NCBI GenBank assembly: GCA_937921485.1
Contig: CAKZSV010000015.1
Span: forward strand, 9,879-73,878
Reading direction: 5' to 3'
Length of the DNA: 64,000 nucleotides
Source: an uncultured bacterium
Lineage (GTDB): Bacteria > Spirochaetota > UBA4802 > JAGODF01
Shown one piece after another: positions 39,392 through 49,304 of the stretch; position 1 is the stretch's first letter; each line of letters begins with the position of its first letter. The position numbers and the translations under genes are program-made. Below the pieces are notes generated by a model. It had not been told where the DNA came from. It worked only from the letters and a program-made list of their open reading frames with translations, and ran no database searches.

Positions 39392-40743
39392 ATAATATTC
39401 TTGAAAAATGCAAATATTTTTTTCGCCTGCCTATCATCAACCCCTTCCGCGATGATGCGGAAAATCGGCTCGGTATTTGAAGGGCGCAGATGCACCCATC
39501 CTCCTTTGAATTCCGGATGGGATATAAAATCTATTCTGATGCCATCACGCGTATCGAAGCGTTCTTTTTTGAACTCTTTTCGCAGCGCCGATTCAAAAGA
39601 AGTAAGATTAATCTTTGTTTCAATGCGCGTTTTCCCTTTGAGCATGGTAAACCGGGGCAGCTCCGACACCAGCGCCGATACGCTTTTTCCCGATTTTGCC
39701 ATCATGTCCAGCAGATACACGATGCCCGCAAGGCTGTCGCGTCCTAAATGCACTTCGGGAGAAATGACGCCGCCGTTTCCTTCCCCGCCAATTCGCGCCC
39801 CAAGTTTTCGCATCGCCTCTGCAACATTTATTTCGCCGACAGGGGTGCGGGTAAAGGGCACAGTATGTCGGCGTGCGACTTCTTCCACCGCTTTTGTGGT
39901 CGAGAGGTTGACCACCACCCTGCCCCGCTCTTTTTGAAGGAGATGTTCGGTCACCAGCACCACCGTATATTCTTCCCCGATAGGCCGTCCTTTTTCATCA
40001 ACAACCGCCAGCCTGTCTGCGTCCGGATCCTGCGCAAAACCCACATCGCAGCCATGCCGTTTCACAGCCTGCGCCAGATCTGCGATATTTTCCGGAACAG
40101 GCTCGGCTCCTCTCGGAAAGGTTCCATCGATTGTGCAGTGCACCGGCACCACGCGGCAACCGAGGCGCTCTAATAGCACGCGCGTAATTTCTGAACCGGC
40201 ACCATTGACTGAATCGAGCGCTACGGTAAACTTTTTGGAACGAATGTTTTCAGCATTGACAACCTTCAGCACGCGGCGGATGTGCATCCCGGCAGCATCA
40301 CTGTAAAATGAAACGCTTCCCACGCGGCCGCAGGGCACAAAAGATGCCGGTTTTTCCATCATGCCGAAAAATTTTTTAATTTCTTTCGCATTTAAAAAAC
40401 TTCCCGATGCACCTATCAGCTTAAACGCATTCCACTGGATGGGATTGTGCGAAGCCGATATCACCACGCCGCCGTCGGCGCGCAGTTCTTCCACGGCCAC
40501 CTGCACCGTTGGCGTGGGAACGATGCCAATATCAACCACCTCGCATCCCGCCATCGCCAGCGTCGATTCAAAACAGGAAGCAATTACCGCCCCCGTCGGC
40601 CGCGAATCCCTCCCCACGACGATTTTGCCATTTTTGGTGTAGCGTGCAAAGGCCGCCGCGACCTGAACAATCAGTTCGGGTGTGAGGCTTTCGCCCACCA
40701 CGCCCCGAATTCCGGAAACACTTTTCATAAGCGGCGCTTTCAT
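39388..40743 (-). CDS. Phosphohexomutase (GlmM/ManB family)
   Basis: The phosphoserine loop is ISASHNP, and the N-terminus is SGIRGVVGE. 451 aa. Confidence 0.8.
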   Translation of the reverse strand: MKAPLMKSVSGIRGVVGESLTPELIVQVAAAFARYTKNGKIVVGRDSRPTGAVIASCFESTLAMAGCEVVDIGIVPTPTVQVAVEELRADGGVVISASHNPIQWNAFKLIGASGSFLNAKEIKKFFGMMEKPASFVPCGRVGSVSFYSDAAGMHIRRVLKVVNAENIRSKKFTVALDSVNGAGSEITRVLLERLGCRVVPVHCTIDGTFPRGAEPVPENIADLAQAVKRHGCDVGFAQDPDADRLAVVDEKGRPIGEEYTVVLVTEHLLQKERGRVVVNLSTTKAVEEVARRHTVPFTRTPVGEINVAEAMRKLGARIGGEGNGGVISPEVHLGRDSLAGIVYLLDMMAKSGKSVSALVSELPRFTMLKGKTRIETKINLTSFESALRKEFKKERFDTRDGIRIDFISHPEFKGGWVHLRPSNTEPIFRIIAEGVDDRQAKKIFAFFKNII

Positions 40744-40746
40744 ACA

Positions 40747-43488
40747 TCAGTGCCTCCTATCCCGCCTCGTTTTCTTCCGCTTCACGCCTCCCGTCGTCAC
40801 ATGCTCCTGACGCTGTGAATGTCCGGTTGGCCTTGCGCTCATCCCTGAGACCGGCGCCATTTCCGGCGAGGGAGCATCAAACTGAGAAAGCTCGCCGTGA
40901 TATTCCTGTCCCACGATTCTATATTCCCGCTCCTCTGCGGGAATCTGTTCCTCGCGGACCTGTACTTTGAAGAGAAATTCGAGCACGTCCATCATCATAG
41001 TGTCCATGGTTTCGTTGAAAATCTGGAAACTGCGCAGCTTGTATTCCACAAGCGGATTGCGCTCGCTGTAGCCGACAGCCCAGATTCCGTCGCGAAGTTC
41101 ATCCATATTGAGCAGATGCTGCCGCCATTTATTATCGATTACCTGAAGTGCGATCATGCGTTCAAGCGTGCGCATGTTTTCGCTTCCTATTTCACGCTCC
41201 TTTTCTTCATAGCGCGTAAAGAGCAATTCCTTCACACGTTCGGCCAGTTCATCTCTCGAAACAGATTCAGGCTCCACTTCGCCAAGCTCCACCAAAAATG
41301 AATTGCGCATCCAGGTTCGGAGTCCTTCGATATCGGCGCCGTCCGAGGCGCCTTCACCTGTATAGAAATCGACAGTGTTTTCGATTACTTCTTCGAGATA
41401 TTCTCTGATTTTCCCCGATATATCTTCACCATCCAGAATTTCATTTCTTTCCTTATATATGCGCTCGCGCTGAGAATTCATCACCTCATCGTATTCAAGG
41501 AGATGCTTGCGAATTTCAAAGTTTCGGCCTTCAACGCGCTTCTGTGCGTTTTCGATGGCGCGGCTCACCATCTTGCTTTCAATTTCCTGCCCTTCTTCAA
41601 GCCCGAGGCGCTGCATCAGGCCTGAAATCCGCTCCGCCGCGAATATCCGCATGAGGTCATCTTCCAGCGACAGATAGAAGCGCGAAGAGCCGGGATCGCC
41701 CTGCCGTCCCGAACGCCCGCGAAGCTGATTATCTATGCGCCGCGCCTCATGCCGCTCGGTACCGAGAATATGAAGGCCCCCCGCCGCGATGACGCGGTTG
41801 TGCCGTTCTGTCCAATCGCGTCCGCCGCGCACGATGTTTTTCGCGCGATGCAGGTCCTGTCCCATCATTTTTTCAGAAATCGTTTCCGCGCGGTCAAAAT
41901 CGCCTTCCAGTACTGCCGAGCGGAAATCATCCCAGAGCTTCGCATCGTGCACCGGAACATGGTTGTCGAGTTCGTCAAGGTAGGTCTTCCGGCCTCCGAG
42001 CACAATGTCGGTTCCGCGGCCAGCCATATTCGTGGCAATGGTAACCGTTGAAGGGCTTCCTGCTTCCGCAACAATCTTCGCTTCCTGCTCGTGGTATTTC
42101 GCGTTCAGCACGCTGTGGGGTATGCCGCGGGCTTTCAGCATCTGCGACAGCCTCTCGGATTTTTCTATGGATATTGTGCCGACTAAGATCGGCTGGCCTT
42201 TCCGGCTCAGTTCCTCTATTTCAGACACTATCGCGTTATACTTTTCCTTCGCGGTCCTGTAAATCCTGTCCGGATAATCGGCCCGTATCATCGGCATGTG
42301 CGTGGGAACGACCACCACGTCGAGGCCGTAGATTTTTTTAAATTCCACAGCTTCGGTATCGGCAGTTCCCGTCATGCCGGCTAATTTTTTATACATGCGG
42401 AAGAAGTTCTGCAGCGTCACCGTCGCAAGCGTCTGGCTTTCCCGCGCGACCGTCACATTTTCCTTTGCCTCAATCGCCTGATGAAGCCCGTCGGAATATC
42501 GTCTTCCCGGCATGAGGCGGCCGGTGAATTCATCAACGATGATGACCTCGCCGTCCTTCACGATGTAATCGATGTCGCGCTTGAAAATCGTATGAGCTTT
42601 GAGCGCCTGATTGACGTGATGCACGATTTCAATATTCCGCGAATCGTAGAGGTTTTCAATTTTCAAAAGGCGCTCCACGTGATGCACGCCCTCTTCGGTG
42701 AGAAGCGCATTGCGTTCTTTTTCGTTGATTTCGTAATCGACGCCTTCCTTGAGGCTGGGAATTATTTTATTGATTAAATAATATTTTTTCGTGGATTCAT
42801 CGGTCGAGCCGGAAATGATAAGCGGCGTCCGCGCTTCATCGATGAGAATCGAGTCCACTTCATCGACGATGGCATAATTCAATTCTTTATGAACCCGCAG
42901 GCTCTTGTGCTCCACCATGTTATCGCGAAGATAATCGAAGCCGAGTTCATTGTTTGTTCCGTACGTCACATCGCAGCGGTAGGCATTCTGCCGCTCGTGA
43001 TGGTTCATATTGTGCTGGATAATACCGACCCGAAGCCCGAGCGCCTTGTAGATTTTTCCCATCCACTCGGCGTCGCGGCGCGCAAGATAATCGTTCACCG
43101 TCACCACATGGACACCCTTTCCGGTTAATGCATTGAGATAGACGGGAAGCGTGGCCACAAGCGTCTTTCCTTCACCGGTTTTCATTTCGGCAATTTTCCC
43201 CTGATGAAGCACAATGCCGCCCATAAGCTGCACGTCGAAGTGGCGAAGCCCCAGCACGCGCGTGGACACTTCGCGCACCAGCGCGAATGCTTCTGGAAGA
43301 AGGCTATCGAGATCCTCGCCCCGTTCAAGGCGCTGGCGAAATTCCGCCGTTTTCCCGGGAAAGCGGTCTGAAGAGATTTTTTTCATTTCCGGCTCGAGCG
43401 CGTTGATTCGCTCGACAACCGGCTTCAGCTTTTTTATATCCCTTTCATGCTTGGTGCCGAAAAAGAGAGAAAGAATTTTATCAAACAT
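40747..43488 (-). CDS. secA: Preprotein translocase ATPase SecA
   Basis: Motifs [27 protein letters not shown] and [10 protein letters not shown], with a basic C-terminal tail. Confidence 0.95.
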   Translation of the reverse strand: MFDKILSLFFGTKHERDIKKLKPVVERINALEPEMKKISSDRFPGKTAEFRQRLERGEDLDSLLPEAFALVREVSTRVLGLRHFDVQLMGGIVLHQGKIAEMKTGEGKTLVATLPVYLNALTGKGVHVVTVNDYLARRDAEWMGKIYKALGLRVGIIQHNMNHHERQNAYRCDVTYGTNNELGFDYLRDNMVEHKSLRVHKELNYAIVDEVDSILIDEARTPLIISGSTDESTKKYYLINKIIPSLKEGVDYEINEKERNALLTEEGVHHVERLLKIENLYDSRNIEIVHHVNQALKAHTIFKRDIDYIVKDGEVIIVDEFTGRLMPGRRYSDGLHQAIEAKENVTVARESQTLATVTLQNFFRMYKKLAGMTGTADTEAVEFKKIYGLDVVVVPTHMPMIRADYPDRIYRTAKEKYNAIVSEIEELSRKGQPILVGTISIEKSERLSQMLKARGIPHSVLNAKYHEQEAKIVAEAGSPSTVTIATNMAGRGTDIVLGGRKTYLDELDNHVPVHDAKLWDDFRSAVLEGDFDRAETISEKMMGQDLHRAKNIVRGGRDWTERHNRVIAAGGLHILGTERHEARRIDNQLRGRSGRQGDPGSSRFYLSLEDDLMRIFAAERISGLMQRLGLEEGQEIESKMVSRAIENAQKRVEGRNFEIRKHLLEYDEVMNSQRERIYKERNEILDGEDISGKIREYLEEVIENTVDFYTGEGASDGADIEGLRTWMRNSFLVELGEVEPESVSRDELAERVKELLFTRYEEKEREIGSENMRTLERMIALQVIDNKWRQHLLNMDELRDGIWAVGYSERNPLVEYKLRSFQIFNETMDTMMMDVLEFLFKVQVREEQIPAEEREYRIVGQEYHGELSQFDAPSPEMAPVSGMSARPTGHSQRQEHVTTGGVKRKKTRRDRRH

Positions 43489-43780
43489 TTCGTATCCTCA
43501 CTGCAATATAAGTCTAAAAAAGAATATGCGCAACAAACTTTCAAAAACCACTCTTTACCGGTGATGAAGCTTAAATGAATGCGCTAATTTCGCTCTATTT
43601 AGCCCGATACCTGCGCCGAAATACATTACGGCCTCACGAGGAAAGGATTATTTGAACACACGTCGTCTGACGTCAAGCGGTTTTATTGTAAGTATTTTTC
43701 AATTAAAGTGAAAAAACTTATTGAAATCACCATCATCCCGCGTTATATTGTTCCACGTAATCAATTCAGCGGCAACTACA

Positions 43781-44884
43781 ATGAAGAAAACCATTCTGAT
43801 TGTCGACGATGAAGAACACATACGCACATTCATGTGCGATCTTCTGCGTCAAAACAACTATGAACCGCTCGCGGCCCCGGATGGCGAGGCGGCTATCGCG
43901 ATCTTAGAGCGTATCCGCGTCGATCTCATCATGCTCGATATGAATATGCCGAAGATGGACGGCATCGCATTTCTGCGCCACATCAGAGAGCATAAGATAA
44001 CCTCTTCGCCGGTGCTCATGCTCACCGGTTCCTACGATAAAACCACCATGCTCGAATGCTACAAGCTCGGCGTGTATGATTTCATTAAAAAACCGGAAGA
44101 GCTTGAGATCATGCTCAAGCGTATTGAAAACGGACTCAAAATCGGCGAGCTTATCTATTTCCACGAGTTCATACAACTGGAACTTGACACCGCAAGGAAA
44201 TTCCAGAAATACCTCTATCCTGATACTTCCATGAGGGACATTCATTCGCACATCGAAGTTGTGTTTCATCCGCTCTCAGACATCGGCGGGGATTTTTACG
44301 ATTACATCAAATTCCGCGATCAGCGCCTTCTGTTCTGCGTGGCTGATATCTCCGGACACAGCATCTCGGCGGCTATGTACATTGCGATGCTGAAAATGAT
44401 GTTTCGGAAAGCAATCAAAGAAATTGACTCACCCGGCGGCATCCTCACGCAGCTAAACAGAGAAATCGCGGAAAACCTTCCCGTTGAAACATTCGTCACG
44501 ATGTTCTGCGGACTCATCGACCCATCGCAAACAACACTGCACTACGCCAACGCCGGCCATCCGTTCCCCTACTTCATACAAAACGGAGTCGCATTTCCCC
44601 TTGAAAAGCACGATCAATTTCTAGGTCCGATTAAAAATGCGCAGTTTTCCACCTTCACCGCTTCCATCACCGGCTGGGAAGGAATGTTCATTTTTACCGA
44701 TGGCATTTTGGACATTGGCCCGCAAAATAACGGCAATTACGGCATCAGGCAGTTACACGACACGCTCAATCAGAGCAATGCCGCCATCAACGAGAAGTTT
44801 GAAAAAATTAAAAACTATCTCTCCTCCTCTGACACAAAAATTAATGATGACTGCACATTGATGATGATCGAGTTTTCGCGTTAA
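43781..44884 (+). CDS. Response regulator receiver fused to PP2C/SpoIIE-type phosphatase
   Basis: The REC domain has ILIVDDE and LIMLDMNMPKMDG. The C-terminal SpoIIE-like motifs are GGDFYD, VADISGHS and TDG. The start was trimmed to ATG 43781. Confidence 0.8.
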   Translation: MKKTILIVDDEEHIRTFMCDLLRQNNYEPLAAPDGEAAIAILERIRVDLIMLDMNMPKMDGIAFLRHIREHKITSSPVLMLTGSYDKTTMLECYKLGVYDFIKKPEELEIMLKRIENGLKIGELIYFHEFIQLELDTARKFQKYLYPDTSMRDIHSHIEVVFHPLSDIGGDFYDYIKFRDQRLLFCVADISGHSISAAMYIAMLKMMFRKAIKEIDSPGGILTQLNREIAENLPVETFVTMFCGLIDPSQTTLHYANAGHPFPYFIQNGVAFPLEKHDQFLGPIKNAQFSTFTASITGWEGMFIFTDGILDIGPQNNGNYGIRQLHDTLNQSNAAINEKFEKIKNYLSSSDTKINDDCTLMMIEFSR

Positions 44885-44966
44885 AAAAAGTGTTTGCTTT
44901 TTTCCGAATATTCCATTAAACTGCAAACACAGATTCAATAATGAAACTATTATTTGGAGGCCCACC

Positions 44967-45437
44967 ATGAAACGTTGCACATCATTCATTATGATCGCCG
45001 CGCTTCCGATTCTTCTCGCGTTTTGCGCTTCAACCCAGCCGGCTTTGACCATCTCATCAGTAAACATACCCGAGCTTACCGAAATGAATTATAAACAAAT
45101 CGATACATCAGCGCAGGTGGTGGGCATTTATCTTTATAATGCAAAGCTTGGCGCCGATCAGGTTGCTCTGGGCGACAGCAATGCGAACGCTTTTAGAGAA
45201 GTCCTCGAACCGAAGGTGAAGTTCTACCGGCTGAATGTCGCGGAACTTAGCGTGGATGCGCAAAAGGAACTTGCTCAGAAATATCTCGGCGAACCAACCC
45301 TGCCGAGCTACATATTTATATACAATAACAAGCTTGTAGCAAAAAAGATTGGCAGTTACAATACCAGTGAAGATGCGATAAAAGGCGCGGAAGAAATCAA
45401 AAAGGGGCTGGAGGCGACAGTCTGGAGAAGAAAATGA
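44967..45437 (+). CDS. Lipoprotein with a thioredoxin-like fold lacking CxxC (tentative)
   Basis: The lipobox is LAFC after a signal peptide, and the RBS is GGAGG. The fold assignment is weak. Confidence 0.55.
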   Translation: MKRCTSFIMIAALPILLAFCASTQPALTISSVNIPELTEMNYKQIDTSAQVVGIYLYNAKLGADQVALGDSNANAFREVLEPKVKFYRLNVAELSVDAQKELAQKYLGEPTLPSYIFIYNNKLVAKKIGSYNTSEDAIKGAEEIKKGLEATVWRRK

Positions 45438-45458
45438 AAAGAAAACACGAAGCAGCAA

Positions 45459-46568
45459 TCAATAGAGTATAAGATTATCCCTGTTGATTACTTCTTCGAA
45501 GAAGGTTTCACCCAGAATGGTGCGGATTTCGCTTGTTTTCTTTCCCTTTATTATTGCAAGCTCTTCGGAGGTATAATTCACAATACCCTTGCCGATAGCA
45601 ACACCGGAAGAGTTGAGCAACTCGACCGCGTCTCCGAGATCGAATTTTCCTTTGACCCCGGTTACTCCGGTGGCAAGAAGGGACTTTTTCTTTTCAGTCA
45701 GCGCCCGCACCGCGCCATCGTCTATTGTCAAAAAGCCTCGCGCGCGAGCGCTGAACGCAATCCAGCGCTTCTTCCCCTTCAGGGAATTTCCTCTGCCGAC
45801 GAAAATCGTGCCCAGCTTTTCGCCTTTCATGATGCGGCCAAGCACGCCGGTGGTATTTCCGTTGGCAATGATCATCTTTTCTCCGGATTTGATGATGATG
45901 TCCGCGGCGCGAAGTTTCGTGACCATGCCGCCCGTGCCGTGCACCGAACCTGAGCCTCCCGCCCGAGCAATCAAGCCTTCGTCGATTTTATAGATTTCCT
46001 CCACGGGATAGGGATCGGCCAGGTCCATATAAAATCCGTCGATATCTGAAAGGAGAATAAGCAGATCAGCCTGCACGATGTTGGTCACATGGGCCGAGAG
46101 CGTATCGTTATCGCCGAACTTGATTTCCTTCACCACCACAGAATCGTTTTCGTTGACCACGGGAACTGCTCCCATCTCGATGAGCGTGTTCATCGTGTGC
46201 CGCGAATTTAAGAAACGGCGCCGGTGCTTCACATCGTCTTCGGTGAGAAGTATCTGGCCTATTTCAAAACCTTCTTTCTTAAAGCAGGCGCGGTACTCAT
46301 TCATGAGGAGGATTTGACCGACTGCCGCCGCGGCCTGCTTCTCGGGAATTGACATAAGCCGGCGGTCTTTTTTGAGCGCACCGCAACCCGCGCTGATGGC
46401 GCCCGAGGATACAACGACTACCTCGTATCCCTTTCGAAGAAGACCGGCCATATCACGCACCAGCCGAAGAATGCGCCGGTTCGATATCATTCCGTTTTCG
46501 GTGATCAGGGAACTCCCGATTTTCACCACAATCCGACGCACATTGCGCAATAACTCACGCCGTGGCAA
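45459..46568 (-). CDS. proB: Glutamate 5-kinase (with PUA domain)
   Basis: The N-terminus is RIVVKIGSSLIT, the amino-acid kinase motifs are present, and the C-terminus is PUA-like. Confidence 0.9.
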   Translation of the reverse strand: MPRRELLRNVRRIVVKIGSSLITENGMISNRRILRLVRDMAGLLRKGYEVVVVSSGAISAGCGALKKDRRLMSIPEKQAAAAVGQILLMNEYRACFKKEGFEIGQILLTEDDVKHRRRFLNSRHTMNTLIEMGAVPVVNENDSVVVKEIKFGDNDTLSAHVTNIVQADLLILLSDIDGFYMDLADPYPVEEIYKIDEGLIARAGGSGSVHGTGGMVTKLRAADIIIKSGEKMIIANGNTTGVLGRIMKGEKLGTIFVGRGNSLKGKKRWIAFSARARGFLTIDDGAVRALTEKKKSLLATGVTGVKGKFDLGDAVELLNSSGVAIGKGIVNYTSEELAIIKGKKTSEIRTILGETFFEEVINRDNLILY

Positions 46569-47550
46569 CGCTTTCCTCCATTAACTCTTCAATTATTTCC
46601 AGCAGTTTTTCCATGTTATCGCCGCTTTTCGCGGATACCGCAATCACTCTCGGATCCTCCAATGTTTCAGACCGCTTTTGCATATCTCCATGACGCACAA
46701 GATCGGATTTCGTCAAGACAATATAGTACGGTTTATGGAGCAGCGCGGGATTGTACGCCGCAAGCTCGGAACGCAAAAGGGAGAGATTGTAGTTCGCATC
46801 CAGCTCGGTAAGCTCAATGAGATACAGGATAGCCCTCACCCGCTCAATGTGCTGGAGAAACGAAAGCCCGAGCCCAAGCCCCCGGTGAGCACCCTCAATG
46901 ATGCCGGGAATGTCGGCGATGGTACAGGCGGTGCCGTTTTTCAGCGGGAGTACACCAAGATTGGGGATGAGCGTGGTAAAGGGATAATCGGCGATTTTCG
47001 GTCGCGCGTTGGTGATTGCCGCAAGAAGGGTCGATTTGCCGGCATTGGGAAGCCCCACAAGCCCCAGATGCGCTATGAGCTTTAGATTTAAAATAACATT
47101 TTTTTCCTCGCCCGGCATTCCGGGCTGTGCGAAGCGAGGCGTCTGATGCGTCGATGATTTGAAAAACGCATTGCCTTTGCCGCCGATGCCGCCTTTGCAC
47201 ACAAGCGCTCTGTCTCCGCTTGAGATGAGGTCGGCGATAACCGTCCCGTCTTCATCGATGATGCTGGTGCCGGGCGGAACTTTGAGCACCAGATCCGTGC
47301 CGTCTGCTCCGTGGCAATTCTGGCCCCTGCCCTGCTCTCCATCGCCCGCGCGGTACACGCGGTCGCGGAAAAAGTGCGACAGATTGTGGTAGTTATAATC
47401 CGCTTCGATATACACATCGCCCCCACGCCCGCCGTCGCCGCCGTCGGGGCCGCCCCTGGGGATATATTTCTCACGGAAAAACGACACGCATCCGGCGCCG
47501 CCCTTTCCGGCTCGTACTCTTATTGTTATGGTATCGGTGAATTTTGGCAT
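46555..47550 (-). CDS. obg: GTPase Obg/CgtA
   Basis: The Gly-rich Obg fold begins MPKFTDTITIRVRAGKGGAGCVSFFREKY. G1 is GLPNAGKST. Confidence 0.95.
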   Translation of the reverse strand: MPKFTDTITIRVRAGKGGAGCVSFFREKYIPRGGPDGGDGGRGGDVYIEADYNYHNLSHFFRDRVYRAGDGEQGRGQNCHGADGTDLVLKVPPGTSIIDEDGTVIADLISSGDRALVCKGGIGGKGNAFFKSSTHQTPRFAQPGMPGEEKNVILNLKLIAHLGLVGLPNAGKSTLLAAITNARPKIADYPFTTLIPNLGVLPLKNGTACTIADIPGIIEGAHRGLGLGLSFLQHIERVRAILYLIELTELDANYNLSLLRSELAAYNPALLHKPYYIVLTKSDLVRHGDMQKRSETLEDPRVIAVSAKSGDNMEKLLEIIEELMEESVATA

Positions 47551-47687
47551 GAGCTGTTTCTATCTTTCAAAGAAATTCATAGTATCAATCTGAAATATGG
47601 TGCTACCTGATACGGGTTGAATTCTTTGAATTTAAATATTCCTCGGGGGTATTAACCTTCATCTGCGCTTTTGCATAATCCTTGACA

Positions 47688-47960
47688 TTACGAGTCAAAA
47701 TATAAGGGAACTTCTAAAAACTGTTTTAAAAGGTATTCTTCCTTTGCCTTTTTGCAGTCGATTTTCTTTTTCTTCATCTTCACAATGGTGCTCAATTCTT
47801 TCGTGAGGGGTGATATGTCCAACCTATCGGAAGCATCACCGGAAATCGCACTGAGATAGTTTTCCACCAGCCTGGATAGGCTTATCTTCCCGGAAGAAGC
47901 GTAGGCTTTCGCCCTCTCAATAATTTGTTTATCCACATTCAAAGTAAGTTTTGTATTCAT
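47688..47960 (-). CDS. DUF6364-like ribbon-helix-helix (antitoxin-like) protein, orphan
   Basis: MNTKLTLNVDKQIIERAKAYASSGKISLSRLVENYL resembles the DUF6364 antitoxin-like family. The last ~14 codons are encoded by the truncated MITE copy D. Confidence 0.6.
   Translation of the reverse strand: MNTKLTLNVDKQIIERAKAYASSGKISLSRLVENYLSAISGDASDRLDISPLTKELSTIVKMKKKKIDCKKAKEEYLLKQFLEVPLYFDS
47706..47740 (+). mobile_element. MITE copy D (left-end fragment)
   Basis: The first 25 nt (GGGAACTTCTAAAAACTGTTTTAAA) are identical to copies A and B, and it is preceded by ATAA. Similarity decays after about 35-40 nt. Confidence 0.6.
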
Positions 47961-48120
47961 AATAGCATTCAATTACGCATCAATATAATAAGAATATACG
48001 TAATCGTCAACGATTATTCAGCTGATATCCTGCCAGGGTGGGAATATCAAAAAAACAATACGCAACTCGTTTTCACACCATCAGATATCCAATCCCAATC
48101 TACGCTCAAAAACCGCGTCC

Positions 48121-48158
48121 CCAAAAAACACACTGCCCCGAAGGTGTCGCTTCGGGGC
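48121..48158 (-). terminator. Intrinsic terminator after rpmA
   Basis: On the minus strand: GCCCCGAAG-CGACAC-CTTCGGGGC followed by AGTGTGTTTTTTGG. Confidence 0.8.
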
Positions 48159-48185
48159 TTGCATTTTCAACAAACAGCAGGCAAA

Positions 48186-48443
48186 TTATGAAACCGGATA
48201 CACCGATACCTGCGTGCGGTCTTTGCCCAGCCGCTCAAACTTTACCACTCCGTCAATGTACGCAAATAGCGTATCGTCCCGCCCTCTGCCCACATTCTGG
48301 CCGGGATGGATTTTCGTTCCGCGCTGACGGACAATGATAGTCCCGCCTTTGACGATTTGGCCGCCGAACCGCTTTACCCCAAGCCGTTTTGAATTGGAAT
48401 CGCGCCCGTTTCTTGTGGAACCGCCGCCTTTCTTGTGCGCCAT
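48186..48443 (-). CDS. rpmA: 50S ribosomal protein L27 (no N-terminal propeptide)
   Basis: It starts [22 protein letters not shown]. An in-frame TGA lies two codons upstream of the ATG. Confidence 0.95.
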   Translation of the reverse strand: MAHKKGGGSTRNGRDSNSKRLGVKRFGGQIVKGGTIIVRQRGTKIHPGQNVGRGRDDTLFAYIDGVVKFERLGKDRTQVSVYPVS

Positions 48444-48446
48444 ACC

Positions 48447-48797
48447 TCACACCTCTACATGAATTTCAATCTTCGATCCGGGTAGCGAAGCCATAAGATT
48501 CACTCCGGTTATCATCACTCCGACAATTGCCCCCGCCTCTCGCAACATAGGCATTTCGGGAGTAATTATCATTGACGATTTCAAATACCCTTCGCGGCGT
48601 TCAAGCTTCTGCTGCACGCCCAGCTTCGAGATCGCCGCAACACATGACTGCACGATTGCCGAAACCCCCGCGCAGTAAATATCGCTACCTTTATCCAGAG
48701 AAAAATGCCCTTCTATGGCAAACGACACATTCTCGCTTTTAAATTCGGCAAGGCCGTTTGCGCCTGCAGCGATATTTTCAAACGTGACTTTGACCAA
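48447..48797 (-). CDS. prp: Ribosomal-processing cysteine protease Prp (DUF464/YsxB family)
   Basis: It lies between rplU and rpmA. EGHFSLDKGSDIYCAGVSAIV aligns with the His/Cys dyad region of S. aureus Prp. Confidence 0.85.
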   Translation of the reverse strand: MVKVTFENIAAGANGLAEFKSENVSFAIEGHFSLDKGSDIYCAGVSAIVQSCVAAISKLGVQQKLERREGYLKSSMIITPEMPMLREAGAIVGVMITGVNLMASLPGSKIEIHVEV

Positions 48798-48799
48798 CC

Positions 48800-49111
48800 T
48801 TAGAGAACAGCCACGTCGCTGATTTTAAGCTCGGTAAAAAGCGGTGTATGTCCGATAGTCCGTGCGTAGTTTTTCCGCTTTTTGAATTTCATACCTCGGA
48901 CTTTTTTGCCCCGCGCAATACCCACGACCTTCGCGGAAATCTTCACATTTGAAAGATAGGGTTTGCCCACCACGGATTTGTCGCCGTCGACAATCATGAG
49001 GACTTTATCCAGGATCACATCTCCTTCGTTTTCAGCGAATTTATCGACATACACGGTCTGATCCTTCGCAACCTTATACTGCTTTCCGGATATTTCTACA
49101 ATAGCGTACAT
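48800..49111 (-). CDS. rplU: 50S ribosomal protein L21
   Basis: MYAIVEISGKQYKV is the canonical L21 start. 103 aa. Confidence 0.95.
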   Translation of the reverse strand: MYAIVEISGKQYKVAKDQTVYVDKFAENEGDVILDKVLMIVDGDKSVVGKPYLSNVKISAKVVGIARGKKVRGMKFKKRKNYARTIGHTPLFTELKISDVAVL

Positions 49112-49156
49112 GGCGTATATTCCTTGATTCGGTAATTATTATTCGGGTTGCCCCAT

Positions 49157-49230
49157 TGGGCCCACAAGGATTCGAACCTTGGACCTACTGATTATGAGTC
49201 AGCCGCTCTAACCGACTGAGCTATGGGCCC
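49157..49230 (-). tRNA. tRNA with CAU anticodon (elongator type; features favour tRNA-Ile2 over tRNA-Met)
   Basis: Cloverleaf: acceptor GGGCCCA/UGGGCCC, anticodon arm GCUGA-CUCAUAA-UCAGU, T arm CAAGG-UUCGAAU-CCUUG. It is not an initiator, because 1:72 is paired and the anticodon stem has no GGG/CCC. Confidence 0.85.
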
Positions 49231-49304
49231 GAAGATGGAATGTCATTTGTCCCATCAGGTACATCCATGTCAAGCAAAAACGGAAAAAATACGTTAAAAG
49301 ACCG

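Noticed and set aside
47551-47700. A toxin partner for the DUF6364-like antitoxin gene.
   Set aside because: Only a 19-codon ORF (MKVNTPEEYLNSKNSTRIR) lies downstream, with no PIN-like or other toxin motifs. I treat the RHH gene as an orphan.
49157-49230. Initiator tRNA-fMet assignment for the CAU tRNA.
   Set aside because: Position 1:72 is a normal G:C pair. The anticodon stem lacks the three consecutive G:C pairs that characterise bacterial initiators.
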